A stretch of 64,000 nt of DNA from Antedon mediterranea (taxonomy: Eukaryota; Animalia; Echinodermata): assembly GCF_964355755.1 (NCBI RefSeq), contig NC_092675.1, forward strand, positions 8,055,812 to 8,119,811. The letters are read 5' to 3'. Each line of letters starts with the position of its first letter. Positions within the stretch are counted from its first letter, which is position 1. Made by a program: the position numbers and the translations under genes. Below the pieces are notes generated by a model. The model ran no database searches and was not told the DNA's origin. It was given only the letters and a program-made list of their open reading frames with translations. Shown piece after piece: positions 62,531 through 64,000 of the stretch.

Positions 62531-64000
62531 CCTCGGAAGCGAGGGAAAAGAGGAGGGAGAAAGCTCAGGAAAAAAATTGCGGTGAGAATAACAAATCGTG
62601 ACTGCGAAATGAGAGCTTTGAATCGTGGGGTTTTTAATAAGAACTTGATCAATGTTCAAGTAAAAAAGGCAAAGAATTTGAATAAAGGTTGTCCAAGATT
62701 GTTCTTAACCAATGCTCGTTCTATTAAAAATAAAATGGATGAATTTGAGGCCACATTATTAAAATACAAGATTGACATTGCTACGGTTACTGAAACTTGG
62801 TTAAATGATGAGATTGAACGTATTGCACACATTCCAAAATTTAAATGTTTGTTTAAGAACCGTAATCATCGGCGTGGAGGAGGTGTCGCTATTTTCGTGA
62901 ATGACAAGTTTAACGAACACGAAGTGAATGAGCATAATTTGTGCCAATTTGAATGTTTATGGACAAATATATCATATGTGAATAACAATAAAACCCATAA
63001 TATCTTTATTGGAGCTGTATATTACCCTCCTTCAGCCCCAGGTGCTGATGACATCATTGAACATATACTCAACACGGTTGACGAGATTCGTCTAACTAAC
63101 CCAGATTCACCGATGATAATCCTAGGCGACTTTAATTATTTGAACATTGATAGTCTAACAGAACAACTTGGGATGGTACAAATCGTTGATTTTCCAACTC
63201 GTGACGTTTCGCTACTTGACAAGGTTTTTATGACCCATCCAGAACTATATACAAAGCCTAAAAAATGTACACCCCTTGGGCGTAGTGACCATAGTAGTAT
63301 TATCATTCATCCTTGCCATGAGTTGCCGCCATCCAAATATATGCGTATGCAAGTTAGACCATACAGAGAGACGTCAGTAAGATCGTTTGGACAATGGATA
63401 ACCAACTATAACTGGAACTGGATGTTCGATCGTAACTTATGTATAAATGAGAAAGTAAATGGTTTTTTCAATGTCTTAAAAGGTGCATATAATCACAATT
63501 TCCCTGTCAAGCAAATAAGAAAAAGAATAGCTGATCGTCCTTGGATGACTCAAAACGTTCGTCGACTACTTGATGCAAGGCAACGAATGTATAACAACTG
63601 TACTAAAGCTGAATGGAGAGAAACACGCAATGCTGTCCAGAGAAGCATTCGTTCAGCAAAGAAATTTTTTTATGATAAATCAATGCGAGGCCTTAAAAAT
63701 AATGATCCGGCAACATGGCATCACAGTGTACGTAAACTGTGCAATCTAAAAAATCGAACCATGCTAAAATTCCCTGGCCACTCAAATCAAGATCTTGCAA
63801 ATGATATCAATAACCACTTTGCATCTGTGTGCCAACAGCTTCCCCCAGTTGATGTAAATGCTCTTCCTGCATATTTTCCTTCACCTGAACCCCCGCCAAA
63901 AATTTTTCCTGGACAAGTCAGACGATTGATTAATAAACTAAAGTCAAAGAAGTCTAGTCACCCTGATGACTTGCCAATTAAACTTATAAAAGAATTCGCC
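62531..64000 (+). mobile_element. Young LINE ORF (basic N-terminus, APE endonuclease, linker to RT) running off the window
   Basis: Apparently uninterrupted frame: PRKRGKRGG...LTNARSIKNKMDE...VTETWL...RGGGVAIF...VYYPP...ILGDFN...FPTR...LDKVF...GRSDH...KSSHPDDLP. Missing from the ORF track, probably because it has no stop in the window. Confidence 0.88.

Overview
AT-rich, intron-containing animal genomic DNA, probably a marine invertebrate (echinoderm-like; this is an inference). There are no prokaryotic features. 1-29.2 kb is a cluster of rearranged paralogs encoding secreted EGF-repeat plus chitin-binding type 2 (peritrophin-A/CBM14) proteins. Gene A has at least 14 EGF exons and one exon with 11 ChtBD2 domains. 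Gene B is a signal peptide + 2 EGF + 4 ChtBD2, and gene C is a signal peptide + 1 EGF + 2 ChtBD2. The cluster also holds an orphan ALKBH2-like exon and many MITEs and Helentron-type elements. 29653-43765 is a complete Chapaev-type, RAG1-related DNA transposon with a Chapa zinc finger, RING and DDE core over about 11 exons, now frameshifted. It is bounded by CACAG termini and a 4-bp GACT duplication, and carries an AGCGCCC-N12-GAGTGGT subterminal signal 35 bp from one end and 11 bp from the other. Nested in it is a 5.5-kb fold-back element whose 1.56-kb arms include a Penelope pseudo-LTR with a minimal hammerhead ribozyme. 44-64 kb holds CR1/L2-type LINEs, a TA-flanked GG...CC element, and a Gmr1-type (integrase before RT) Gypsy whose 5' LTR, PBS and gag start lie inverted downstream of its 3' LTR yet share the same TSD. 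All calls come from reading the sequence by eye; no database searches were run.
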